DNA from: Methanoregula sp.
GTDB taxonomy: Archaea > Halobacteriota > Methanomicrobia > Methanomicrobiales > Methanospirillaceae
Length of the DNA stretch: 57,453 nt
Direction of reading: 5' to 3'
NCBI GenBank assembly: GCA_026394655.1
Contig: JAPKXU010000184.1
Coordinates: 1-57,453 of the forward strand
Of the stretch, positions 1 to 8,589 are shown piece after piece; position 1 is the stretch's first letter; each line of letters starts with the position of its first letter. A program made the translations under genes and the position numbers. Below the pieces are notes generated by a model, which had not been told where the DNA came from, made no database searches, and saw only the letters and a program-made list of their open reading frames with translations.

Positions 1-1213
1 CACGTCAATCAGTGTAACCGGCGAATACGACCACGAGTTTAGAACCCGGCTCATCGAGATAGTCCGTGGACACTCCAAAGATCACCGTGACGATCTCAAA
101 CAATTCGTCATCTCACTGGTAACCAATCAGGACGGGATTCCTGTATTCATGGAACCGTTATCCGGAAACGCATCTGATAAAAAGATCCTGCTCAAATCGA
201 TCCAGGCAGTAAGAAACAACCTGGCTACCCAACAAACGATTTATCACATGGCAGATTCTGCATTTTACACCAGCGGGAATATCCAATCTCTCGGCCAGCA
301 TTGCTTCTGGATCAGTCATGTTCCCATGACGATAAATGAAGCAAAAGAACTTGTTGCATCAGAAGTCTCATGGACTGCCTGCGAGGATATCCGGTACAAA
401 TATGCGGTCTACGAGCGTGAATATGGCGGGATACAGCAGAGATGGGTCATGTTTCACTCCGCTGAACAACAAAAACGGGTTGATGCAAAGTTAATGAGCC
501 GGCTTGAGAAGCAGATGAAAAAAGATAAAACTGCGTTGAAAAAACTATGCTCGAAAGGATTTGCCTGTGAACCGGATGCACGCGCCGTTGTTGAACGTTG
601 GAATGCCAAGAATCCCCGGTACCGTATCGCAGATGTGGGAATAACTTCAGGACAACGGCGTAAATCCGGTAAACGCGGTCGCCCGACAAAAGATGAAACG
701 TGTGAAGTTGTCTACAGAGTTTCATGCAAGGTCGCTCTCGATGAGAATTGGGTACTCAAGACGCAGGAACATGCCGGGCGGTTCATCCTTGCCAGTAATG
801 ACGTCAGTATCGATCCGGAAACTATGCTCGAATACTACAAGGAACAGAATTCGGTTGAACGGGGATTCCGATTTCTCAAAGATAAGCGATTCCATGTTTC
901 AGAAGTCTATCTCAAAAATGAGAACCGTATTGCTGCGCTGTCTATGCTCATGGTGCTCTGTCTCCTGCTATACTCGGTGGCAGAATGGCTGTTCAGGAAG
1001 ATCCTCAAAGAGCGGAATGCCACTGTCATGAATCCGAGAAATAAACCTACTGCAAAACCTACGATGAAAAGGGTGTTCTTTTTGTTTCGGAGGGTTCGTC
1101 AAGTGTTGGAACTTGTAGGTTCTACGGTCCACTGTCGTTTGTTGAATGTCAATGAAGAAATAATTCGTATTACCGGCATGTTTGGAGCGGGCTTTGAAAA
1201 ATACTATTCCTGA
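1..1213 (+). mobile_element. IS1634-family DDE transposase, 5' end outside the window
   Basis: Frame is open from position 2: TSISVTGEY..GHSKDHRDDLKQFV..DGIPVFMEPLSGNASDK, then ADSAFY, GRFILASN and YKEQNSVERGFRFLK (IS1634 DDE motifs). Confidence 0.92.
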
Positions 1214-1221
1214 AAAAATAA

Positions 1222-1235
1222 CTGCCGAATGTCGG
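1222..1235. repeat. Probable right terminal inverted repeat of the IS1634 element (CTGCCGAATGTCGG)
   Basis: Begins 9 bp after the transposase stop and resembles IS1634-type ends as I recall them. Cas1 homology on the minus strand stops here. Confidence 0.65.
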
Positions 1236-1756
1236 TTCAACCCACCTTTGGAGAATCCCCTCTTCTTCCATTCTGAATAAGGGATTGAGAGAATCTTCTT
1301 TCTAATCTCGTCGGAATCGTGTCGATCAATCTGATATTCTGGTGATACCAAATCGAGAGATTTCTTCTTACTGATGAGATAATGAGCAAGTTCCCGCGCT
1401 TTGAGGAATATCATGTAATTCCAAGAAGTCTCTTTCTCCTGATAACGAACGGTCTTATTGAGCCAGGTATTGAGTTCAGCCGTGACCTTTTGCGCTCCCG
1501 AAGATCGCAATTTCAAGGTAAAATTATCCGTCCTCAGGAAATCTTTCTTATCGATAATCCCCTTTTCAACGATACTGAGGACTGCGAGATCCACGAGAAA
1601 TCGGAACAACTCCTGCATATCGTAAGCGAGACTGTATTTACCGATCTGCATCTCGTGTAAGAAACCTACGTGAGCATCGAGGCCACTGGCATTAATGGCG
1701 CGTAAACATTCCGCTTCCAACAGGCCATATCCGTAATTCAGCATACAGTTAACTGG
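1236..1756 (-). pseudogene. cas1: Cas1-solo / casposase (family 2-like) C-terminal fragment; N-terminus missing, C-terminus cut by IS1634
   Basis: PVNCMLNYGYGLLE..GLDAHVGFLHE..SLAYDMQELFRFLVD Cas1 motifs, plus a casposase-like C-terminal extension (DSDEIRKKILSIPYSEWKKRGFSKG). In-frame stop at 1763-1765; no cas2 or array. Confidence 0.85.
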
Positions 1757-1877
1757 AAAGGCTCAGCATATGGTGTCCCTTTTCAATTACCATTATCATT
1801 TTAATTGCCAGTATAATCATCAAGATACCAGCAATCATAAGACTAATACCAGTCACATAGAGCGTCTTGTAACTCAT
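1749..1877 (-). CDS. Small 42-aa hydrophobic ORF (MSYKTLYVTGISLMIAGILMIILAIKMIMVIEKGHHMLSLSS), possibly a truncated membrane protein
   Basis: Manual translation: ATG at 1877, one TM-like segment, divergent from padR. Confidence 0.35.
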   Translation of the reverse strand: MSYKTLYVTGISLMIAGILMIILAIKMIMVIEKGHHMLSLSS

Positions 1878-1910
1878 ATACCCACCAACTATCAAAACCA
1901 ACCTTCCAAA

Positions 1911-1979
1911 CACTTATATCAGAACGGCTTCAATCTGAACTATAGTTCGAAATAGAACTATATCGGAATCGAACTATAG
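1911..1979 (+). promoter_or_regulatory. padR promoter (TTATAT at 1914-1919) with a repeated/palindromic operator
   Basis: GAACTATA at 1937, 1955 and 1971; perfect 11-bp inverted repeat CTATAGTTCGA (1940-1950) / TCGAACTATAG (1969-1979). Confidence 0.65.
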
Positions 1980-1981
1980 AT

Positions 1982-2464
1982 ATGACTAATCTATTCAAAT
2001 TTTCACCACATCGCGGAAAAGCGAGGAGTTTACTAGCTATGTACATACTCCATACGCTCCAGCACCAGCAAAAATCCGGTTACGACATCCTCCGAGAGAT
2101 CAAAGAGGTGACAGGAGGGACGTGGGTTCCAAGCAAAGGCACCCTTTATCCCTTGCTCCACCAGCTCGAAGCGGAGGGGCTCATTATTGTAGCTTCAACA
2201 GAGTCACGGGAACGAACCGCTTTTGCGCTGACCCCACAGGGGCTTGAGACCCTTAAAAAGATCATCGCGAGGGGCGGGGAGCACTACAAAAAACTCGCGC
2301 ATTTCCGGCACCTCATCCTTGCGATCTTAGGCAGCGGAACATGCCAGGTCACGGGACTTCTTTTTGAGATAAAGATGCTCGTTGAAGATATGCCGCCAGG
2401 AAAGGAAAAAGTGGTCGGGGAGATTCTCGAAGACTGCCGCGATAAACTCAAAAAAGTGATCTGA
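1982..2464 (+). CDS. PadR family transcriptional regulator
   Basis: SGYDILREI..WVPSKGTLYPLLHQLEAEGLI..FALTPQG winged-HTH signature. Confidence 0.92.
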   Translation: MTNLFKFSPHRGKARSLLAMYILHTLQHQQKSGYDILREIKEVTGGTWVPSKGTLYPLLHQLEAEGLIIVASTESRERTAFALTPQGLETLKKIIARGGEHYKKLAHFRHLILAILGSGTCQVTGLLFEIKMLVEDMPPGKEKVVGEILEDCRDKLKKVI

Positions 2465-2465
2465 T

Positions 2466-3452
2466 ATGACTGTAGCACTACATATCGAAAACCTGACCCG
2501 GCGTTTTAACGATCTGGTCGCCGTGAATAATATATCATTTGACATCGAACACGGGGAAATTTTTGGCCTGCTTGGCCCCAATGGTGCCGGGAAGACCACG
2601 ACCCTCTCCATGCTCTCCACCATGCTCAAACCCACATCTGGGAGAGCGACGGTCAATGGCATCGATATAGAACACGATGAAGACGGTGTCAGGAAATCCA
2701 TTGGCATTGTCTTCCAAGACCAGAGTCTTGACGAAGAACTGACGGCTTGGGAAAACATGGACTTTCACGGGCGGCTCTACCGTATCCCCGCAGACATACG
2801 AAAGCAACGGATCACTGAACTTCTCAAACTCGTTGAGCTTGAAGACCGGAAAAATGACATTGTCAAAACATTTTCAGGTGGGATGAGGAGACGCCTTGAG
2901 ATCGCCCGTGGTCTTCTCCACCATCCTTCGGTCCTCTTCTTAGACGAACCAACGCTTGGTCTTGACCCCCAGACCCGCAACCATCTCTGGCAGTATATTG
3001 CCACCCTGGCACGGGAGAAGGGGATCACTATCATCCTCACCACGCATTACATGGAGGAGGCCGACCGGTTGTGCAACCGGGTCGCTATTATCGATCACGG
3101 GAAGATCATCGCCCTTGACACTCCAAAAAACCTAAAAGACGGGATTGGCGGGGACGTCGTGACCATCCGGTCTCCGGACCCGGCAGCTATTGTTGCAGCG
3201 CTGACTGAACCCTGGATCACCCGCGTGGAACAGCATAACGATGAGGTGATTGTCAGCCTGCAGAACGCCGAACAGCATATCAGCACCATCGTAACGCTGC
3301 TCACCGCAAAACAGGTCCCCATCAAGTCCATCGCGATACACAAACCGACCCTTGAGGATGTGTTCCTCTCCTTTACCGGAAAAACCATCCGAGAGGAGGA
3401 TGCGGACCATAAAACCAATATGCGGATGTACCAGAGGATGGTGAGGCATTAA
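2466..3452 (+). CDS. ABC-2/DrrA-type exporter ATP-binding protein
   Basis: Walker A GPNGAGKTT, signature FSGGMRRRL, LFLDEPTLGLDP, TTHYMEEA, C-terminal PTLEDVF. Confidence 0.95.
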   Translation: MTVALHIENLTRRFNDLVAVNNISFDIEHGEIFGLLGPNGAGKTTTLSMLSTMLKPTSGRATVNGIDIEHDEDGVRKSIGIVFQDQSLDEELTAWENMDFHGRLYRIPADIRKQRITELLKLVELEDRKNDIVKTFSGGMRRRLEIARGLLHHPSVLFLDEPTLGLDPQTRNHLWQYIATLAREKGITIILTTHYMEEADRLCNRVAIIDHGKIIALDTPKNLKDGIGGDVVTIRSPDPAAIVAALTEPWITRVEQHNDEVIVSLQNAEQHISTIVTLLTAKQVPIKSIAIHKPTLEDVFLSFTGKTIREEDADHKTNMRMYQRMVRH

Positions 3453-3454
3453 TC

Positions 3455-4204
3455 ATGGACATCATCTACACCATCTGGCTCCGGAATATGAAACGCTATA
3501 TCCGGTCCAAAAGCCGGATCATCGGCAGTATCAGCATGCCGCTCTTCTTTTTACTCTTCTTAGGTTTCGGCCTGAATTCCGTTGTGCAGTTGCCCGGGGT
3601 GGGAGGGAACTATATCGTATTCCTGATCCCGGGCATGGTCGCCATGAGCGTATTGTTCACGTCGGTTTTTTCCGGGATTCAGATCATCTGGGACAAACAG
3701 TTCGGCTTTTTGAAAGAGACACTTGTAGCACCGGTCTCGCGGCTTGAGATTATGTTAGGTCAGACTGCCGGTGGGGCAACAACTGCAGTCCTCCAGGGAT
3801 TTATGATCCTTGTCCTCTCGGTGTTCATCGGGCTCCATATCTCAAATCCGGCTGGTTTTCTGATTGCATTCGGATTCATGATCCTGATTGGTATATCATT
3901 CACCGCGTTTGGCATTGCGATTGCATCGCGGATGGAAGATATGACCGGTTTCCAGCTCATCATGAATTTTGTCGTCTTTCCCATATTCGGCCTGTCCGGG
4001 GCGCTCTTTCCTATCAGCTCATTGCCGGCATGGATGGGACCGGTTACCCTGCTCGATCCGCTGACGTATGGTGTGGAAGGGATCCGGTACGGTCTCACCG
4101 GCGTTTCACAGGTTAACCCGTTGGTCTGTGGTGCGGTTATTGGAGGTTTCACCGTAGTGATGACCATACTCGGAGCATTCCTGTTCAGGAAAATCAGGAT
4201 CTGA
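3455..4204 (+). CDS. ABC-2 type exporter permease (DrrB-like)
   Basis: About 6 TM segments; WDKQFGFLKETLVAPVSR, LSGALFPI, DPLTYGVEGIR. Confidence 0.93.
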   Translation: MDIIYTIWLRNMKRYIRSKSRIIGSISMPLFFLLFLGFGLNSVVQLPGVGGNYIVFLIPGMVAMSVLFTSVFSGIQIIWDKQFGFLKETLVAPVSRLEIMLGQTAGGATTAVLQGFMILVLSVFIGLHISNPAGFLIAFGFMILIGISFTAFGIAIASRMEDMTGFQLIMNFVVFPIFGLSGALFPISSLPAWMGPVTLLDPLTYGVEGIRYGLTGVSQVNPLVCGAVIGGFTVVMTILGAFLFRKIRI

Positions 4205-4345
4205 ATGAAAAAAAGAGTAAGAAATTTCTGGAGTAGTTAAATGACTGACCCAAACAACGATGTTGGCCCTGAATGCATCGCAATTGGGCTCTGTAGAACG
4301 GAAAAAAAAGAAGAATAAATGAAAATTGAGAGGAGAGTTAAAAAA

Positions 4346-5560
4346 ATGAAACGAATAATGGTTTTATTCAGTTTTATCGCGCTGACATGCCTTATCTCAG
4401 TTGCGGGGGCGGCCACCAGTACCGTCTCGGTAATGAATCCCCAAGATGCCGCAGCGCTTGTCTATGTATCCGGGTATGATCTGACCCCCGGTGTTTTTTA
4501 CCCGGGTGAGACCGGCACCCTGACGGTTCATGTCACCAATGCGGCAAATGCTTCCGTGGCAGTATCCCAGCCGGATCTTATGGATCCCCACGTCGACATC
4601 GTGAACAACGGTGCATTTGCCACCTCCACGTCAATTGGACCGGGGGGAACGGTCGATTATACGTTCGTGATACGTGCCGATGGTACCGATGGAACATATC
4701 TCCCGCTCTTCTCCGTTTCAACAAATGCGTGGGGTACCTCCGCGATCCATTCCCAGATCAAGCTCAAAGTGGATTCAACCGAGGTAAGGGCAAGTGTCTC
4801 GAACAAACCCAATACATTCTCCCTTGAAAAGACGGATACGGTGAATGTAAGTATCGTGAACCCGCGGCTCGGAGATATATCCGATGTCCTGATCGTTGCA
4901 TCTTCCCCGGGAAGTGATATATCCCCCTCAGAAGAGTACGTTGAGTCCATCCCGGCAGGCACTTCTGTAAAAGTTCCGTTCGCCATCACCCCGCACCAGC
5001 AGTCCAATGTAACCTTCAAAGTCAGCTTCCGCAACGGGGATAACGTTCACTCGATGACTGTTGTTCTGCCCCTGAACCTCGGAGTGGATAAATCTGCGGC
5101 AATCCCGGTAATAAATAATGTAGCGCTGGCCAGCAATGCCGGATCCTACACGATGACCGGCGAGGTCGGAAATGCCGGCATCACCAATGCCCAAGGCATG
5201 ATCATCTCAGTCGGTGCACCGGTAAAGCCGGTGGGTCCGTACCCGAACTATGCTATCGGCTCGCTGGCATCGAATGATTTTACGAGGTTTACGCTGACAT
5301 TTACCTCCACGGATCTCTCCGTTGTACCGGTTCAGGTCCAGTGGAAGGATTCACAGGGTACCACCCAGTCATCGACAATTACCCTTGATCTTCATACGCT
5401 TGCGGAAGGATCCCCGGGTGGGATACGCAGCTCCGCAACCGGCAGCACTACCGGTCTCAATTCATTCTATCTCGTCATAGCGGGTGTCATCATCGTAATT
5501 GCAGGCATTGTCCTGTACATGAAGCGAAAATGGATCACATCGAAAATGAAGAAGCAATAA
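4346..5560 (+). CDS. COG1361-like S-layer/Ig-like domain surface protein with signal peptide and C-terminal TM anchor
   Basis: N-terminal signal peptide; repeated beta-rich units (FYPGETGTLTVHVTN, VSIVNPR, GEVGNAG..IGSLASNDF); C-terminal TM plus basic tail. Confidence 0.75.
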   Translation: MKRIMVLFSFIALTCLISVAGAATSTVSVMNPQDAAALVYVSGYDLTPGVFYPGETGTLTVHVTNAANASVAVSQPDLMDPHVDIVNNGAFATSTSIGPGGTVDYTFVIRADGTDGTYLPLFSVSTNAWGTSAIHSQIKLKVDSTEVRASVSNKPNTFSLEKTDTVNVSIVNPRLGDISDVLIVASSPGSDISPSEEYVESIPAGTSVKVPFAITPHQQSNVTFKVSFRNGDNVHSMTVVLPLNLGVDKSAAIPVINNVALASNAGSYTMTGEVGNAGITNAQGMIISVGAPVKPVGPYPNYAIGSLASNDFTRFTLTFTSTDLSVVPVQVQWKDSQGTTQSSTITLDLHTLAEGSPGGIRSSATGSTTGLNSFYLVIAGVIIVIAGIVLYMKRKWITSKMKKQ

Positions 5561-5575
5561 AACCGGGTCTTACGA

Positions 5576-6343
5576 ATGACACGACTCGATGATGAACCCG
5601 GGCGGCTGCGATTTGAGGATGAAGATATGACAGACACGGATGAACAAATATATTGGATTTCTGACACAACAAGTGAAGTTTCGCCGGTAAAAACGGAGGC
5701 GAAGGTAGCTAGCCTCATACAAAAGATACGCGGCAATCCCTTATTACTCGGGGGACTGGTCGTCCTCATCATCCTTGCTGCCATCGGGGGGCTTCTTTAC
5801 TGGAATGACCTTCAGAGTAAGGTGTACATCGAAAATTCCCAGATTGCCGCTCCGGTGATCTCGATCAATCCCACAAGCCCGGGCATTATCACTGATGTGT
5901 ATGTTTCCGTAGGGGATCTGGTCAGGAAGGACCAGATACTCGCAAAGGTCGGAGATCAGGTTCTTGTTGCAAAGACCAGCGGTGTGATCACGGGTGTTGA
6001 AAATACCCCGGGCCAGTTGGTAAACCCACCCTTGGATCCCAAACCTGTGATCTCCATGATCGACACCAGGGAGCTCCGTGTTGTCGGAAGGGTACAGGAA
6101 GATAAGGGCCTCAAGGATATCGCACCCGGCCAGCACGTGATGTTTACCGTCGATGCCTACCCCTCCAACCAGTACCAGGGCGTGGTCGATAAAGTCGCAC
6201 CGTCTTCCCGTACGGGGGACATCGTCTTTTCCATCTCCGACAAGCGGCAGGAGCAGGAATTTGAGGTCAAGGTCTCCTATGATGTAACAGTTTATCCTGA
6301 GCTGAAGAACGGCATGTCTGCGAAGATGTGGATCTCAAAATAA
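5576..6343 (+). CDS. HlyD/EmrA-like membrane fusion (adaptor) protein lacking the alpha-hairpin
   Basis: Single TM; lipoyl halves GIITDVYVSVGDLVRKDQILAKV / LVAKTSGVIT; beta-barrel GQHVMFTVDAYP..GVVDKVAP..LKNGMSA. Confidence 0.85.
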   Translation: MTRLDDEPGRLRFEDEDMTDTDEQIYWISDTTSEVSPVKTEAKVASLIQKIRGNPLLLGGLVVLIILAAIGGLLYWNDLQSKVYIENSQIAAPVISINPTSPGIITDVYVSVGDLVRKDQILAKVGDQVLVAKTSGVITGVENTPGQLVNPPLDPKPVISMIDTRELRVVGRVQEDKGLKDIAPGQHVMFTVDAYPSNQYQGVVDKVAPSSRTGDIVFSISDKRQEQEFEVKVSYDVTVYPELKNGMSAKMWISK

Positions 6344-6353
6344 TTTCCTTCAC

Positions 6354-7844
6354 ATGGCAGTAAATATCCGGAACCGGTGGCTGATTCTTCTCACGGTCAT
6401 GATAGGCACCTTTCTGGGCGCCATGGACCAGACCGTCGTATCCCTTGCCGTACCGAAGATCATGCTGGATTTCAATATCCTTACTGCCGATGCAGCTTGG
6501 ATAGCAACCGCATACATCCTGGCGAACGCGGTCTTTGTACCGGTATGGGGCAAACTCGGGGACACGATCGGTCGGAAGAAAGTCTACATCTGGGGTTTTT
6601 CCATCTTTATCGTAGGCTCGATCCTCGCCGGTTTCGCTTGGGATCTTAGCTCGATGATCCTCTTCCGCATCATCCAAGCGGTCGCGAGCTCTGCCGACTA
6701 CCCGACCGCCATGGCGATCATCGCGGTAAATTTCAGCAACGGGAAGGAACGGGCACAGGCCCTCGGAATCTGGTCCTCATCCTTTGCACTCGCCATCGTC
6801 TTCGGCCCTCTCGTTGGTGGCCCGCTCATCGATATCTTCGGATGGCGTTCGGTCTTCCTGATCAATCTGCCCATCGGCCTGATCGGGATCGCGATGGCCC
6901 TCACCTTTGTCCCGGAGTCGGTGAGCGAAAAGAAGAGCGTCTCCTTCGACTGGTACGGTGCGTTAACGCTGGGTACCTCCCTTGCCCTCCTCGTATTTGG
7001 CCTGGACCGGGGATACGACTGGGGCTGGACATCACTCCCTATCATACTCTGTTTCGCAGGGTCGGGGCTGTTTATGTACATATTCTACCTGATCGATTCC
7101 CGGCATCCGGAACCGATCATTGATTTCAGTTTTTTCAGGATCCCCGCCTTCGTCTTTACCCTGGTCAATAATTTCCTGATCTTCATGTGCCTGATGGGAG
7201 GGATGTTTCTGATCCCTATCTTCGACCAGACTTTTCTCGGCCTGACGGCTACCGAGACGGGGCTCCAGTTCATCCCCATGGCATTCGCTATCATGCTCGC
7301 CGCGCCTATCGGGGCTGGCTTGGTCGGGAGGCTCCAACCACGCTATGTGATCGCTCTGAGCACCCTTGTGGCGGGAATCGGATTGTTCCTGTTCGTCGGT
7401 CTGGACGTCCGTTCCAGCTCAATGGATATTATTATTCCGCTCGTTGTCATGATGTTCGGCATGGGCTTTGGCATGTCGCAGCGCACAGGCGTTATCGCGG
7501 CAGTCGTTCCCAACGAGGAGATCGGCAGCGCCTCGGCGGTTCTTGCCTTGGTTCGTAATATTTCCGGTGCGTTTGGGATCGCCATCTTCGCCACCCTGCT
7601 CAACATGTCCGTTGAAGATAATATGCTGGCCATCTCGGCTCACTCCGTGGTGAACGTGCACACGCCCGCGGTGATGCAGACCGCTACCATGCTTATGTAC
7701 CTCGATGCACAGATCCTTGCCTACCACACTATCTTTGTCGTCGGCTCTCTCATCATGATCGTAGCGGCTGTGCTCGCGCTTCTTATCGACGTGAAAAAAA
7801 CGGAGATGGGAATGGGGGGAAAGGAGGTTGTTCTGGAAATATGA
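6354..7844 (+). CDS. DHA2 (EmrB/QacA) family MFS efflux transporter
   Basis: LGAMDQTVVSLAVP, WGKLGDTIGRKK, GWRSVFLINLPIG; about 14 TM segments. Confidence 0.93.
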   Translation: MAVNIRNRWLILLTVMIGTFLGAMDQTVVSLAVPKIMLDFNILTADAAWIATAYILANAVFVPVWGKLGDTIGRKKVYIWGFSIFIVGSILAGFAWDLSSMILFRIIQAVASSADYPTAMAIIAVNFSNGKERAQALGIWSSSFALAIVFGPLVGGPLIDIFGWRSVFLINLPIGLIGIAMALTFVPESVSEKKSVSFDWYGALTLGTSLALLVFGLDRGYDWGWTSLPIILCFAGSGLFMYIFYLIDSRHPEPIIDFSFFRIPAFVFTLVNNFLIFMCLMGGMFLIPIFDQTFLGLTATETGLQFIPMAFAIMLAAPIGAGLVGRLQPRYVIALSTLVAGIGLFLFVGLDVRSSSMDIIIPLVVMMFGMGFGMSQRTGVIAAVVPNEEIGSASAVLALVRNISGAFGIAIFATLLNMSVEDNMLAISAHSVVNVHTPAVMQTATMLMYLDAQILAYHTIFVVGSLIMIVAAVLALLIDVKKTEMGMGGKEVVLEI

Positions 7845-8206
7845 ATCATCATTATCCCTCGAATAGTAAGGACCGGTTCAAGCTATGCGTTCTAAAGAGG
7901 GGGATATCTTTCGGACAAGAACGGTTTTGGGTTATCTCACCCACACTTGATCTATTTTAAGACCTTTTTTTTCGGGCTTACTGCCAAATGTGCCGTTTTT
8001 TTAAAAACTTGCGAAATGACAGGCTCGGGTTACCAGAGGATCGATGAGGGAAAACCGAGCGCTTTTTAACCCGGCACCCTCCCTCTCCGGTCATTCATAC
8101 CGCAACAGGCAGTATATGTTTCCGCATCCCTTGCAGCACCTGTAATGAGTCATTACTTTTTGGACGCTTCATCCCACAATGGAATAGCGCGCTATTTTCG
8201 GGACTA

Positions 8207-8257
8207 TTGAGGGTCTAATCTCGTAGGAGTTCTTGGGTTCGAATCCCATCCCTCGCA
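8207..8257 (+). pseudogene. 3' half of tRNA-Leu(GAG), att-like fragment
   Basis: TT-GAG-GG anticodon loop, variable arm CTC-GTAG-GAG, T-arm TGGG-TTCGAAT-CCCA, acceptor strand CCCTCGC-A. No GCGAGGG 5' half or D-arm upstream. Confidence 0.82.
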
Positions 8258-8363
8258 TTATTCCCTTTTCTACATACTTTAATTCATCATATATGCGAAA
8301 CGCCGTAAAAAGGGGTTTGGCATGGCTCGTTGTTGGTATACCACTTGTGCACGTTGCTGTATG

Positions 8364-8522
8364 TCACTCCCCTCCGTGCTTCCCGACCCGGCAAATCATG
8401 ATACATGAACCGTTATTCCAGCGTTCACATTCCGATCCTTTACAGGGAATAAGCCCGACAGTTGGATCCTTCGCTCTTGCCTTTTCAACCGCTTCTTGTT
8501 CACAACATCACAGGGTTACCAT
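8364..8522 (-). pseudogene. Small Cys-rich ORF with an in-frame TGA at codon 5
   Basis: MVTL*CCEQEAVEKARAKDPTVGLIPCKGSECERWNNGSCIMICRVGKHGGE (manual translation). Confidence 0.45.
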
Positions 8523-8589
8523 GGAACTGACTGGTATCCGGTAGACAGATCTGATAAGCCTTTTTATCTATCCCCCGCAACCTTTCTTT

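Noticed and set aside
968-1235. C-terminal ~90 aa of the 258-aa cas1 ORF
   Set aside because: Antisense read-through into the IS1634 transposase, not Cas1 sequence.
7850-7912. GGGGATAT / TATCCC motifs as casposon terminal repeats
   Set aside because: Too short, no partner repeat visible, and similar words occur elsewhere (11723, 26033).
8041-8065. GATGAGGGAAAACCGAGC as the missing tRNA-Leu 5' half (long intron or split tRNA)
   Set aside because: Poor acceptor-stem pairing; no D-arm, anticodon stem or bulge-helix-bulge.
1-8300. CRISPR-Cas locus suggested by cas1
   Set aside because: No repeat-spacer array, cas2 or effector genes; the fragment has casposase-like features.
8233-8544. 103-aa ORF beginning MGSNPIPRI
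   Set aside because: It is the translated tRNA T-arm plus antisense sequence; spurious.
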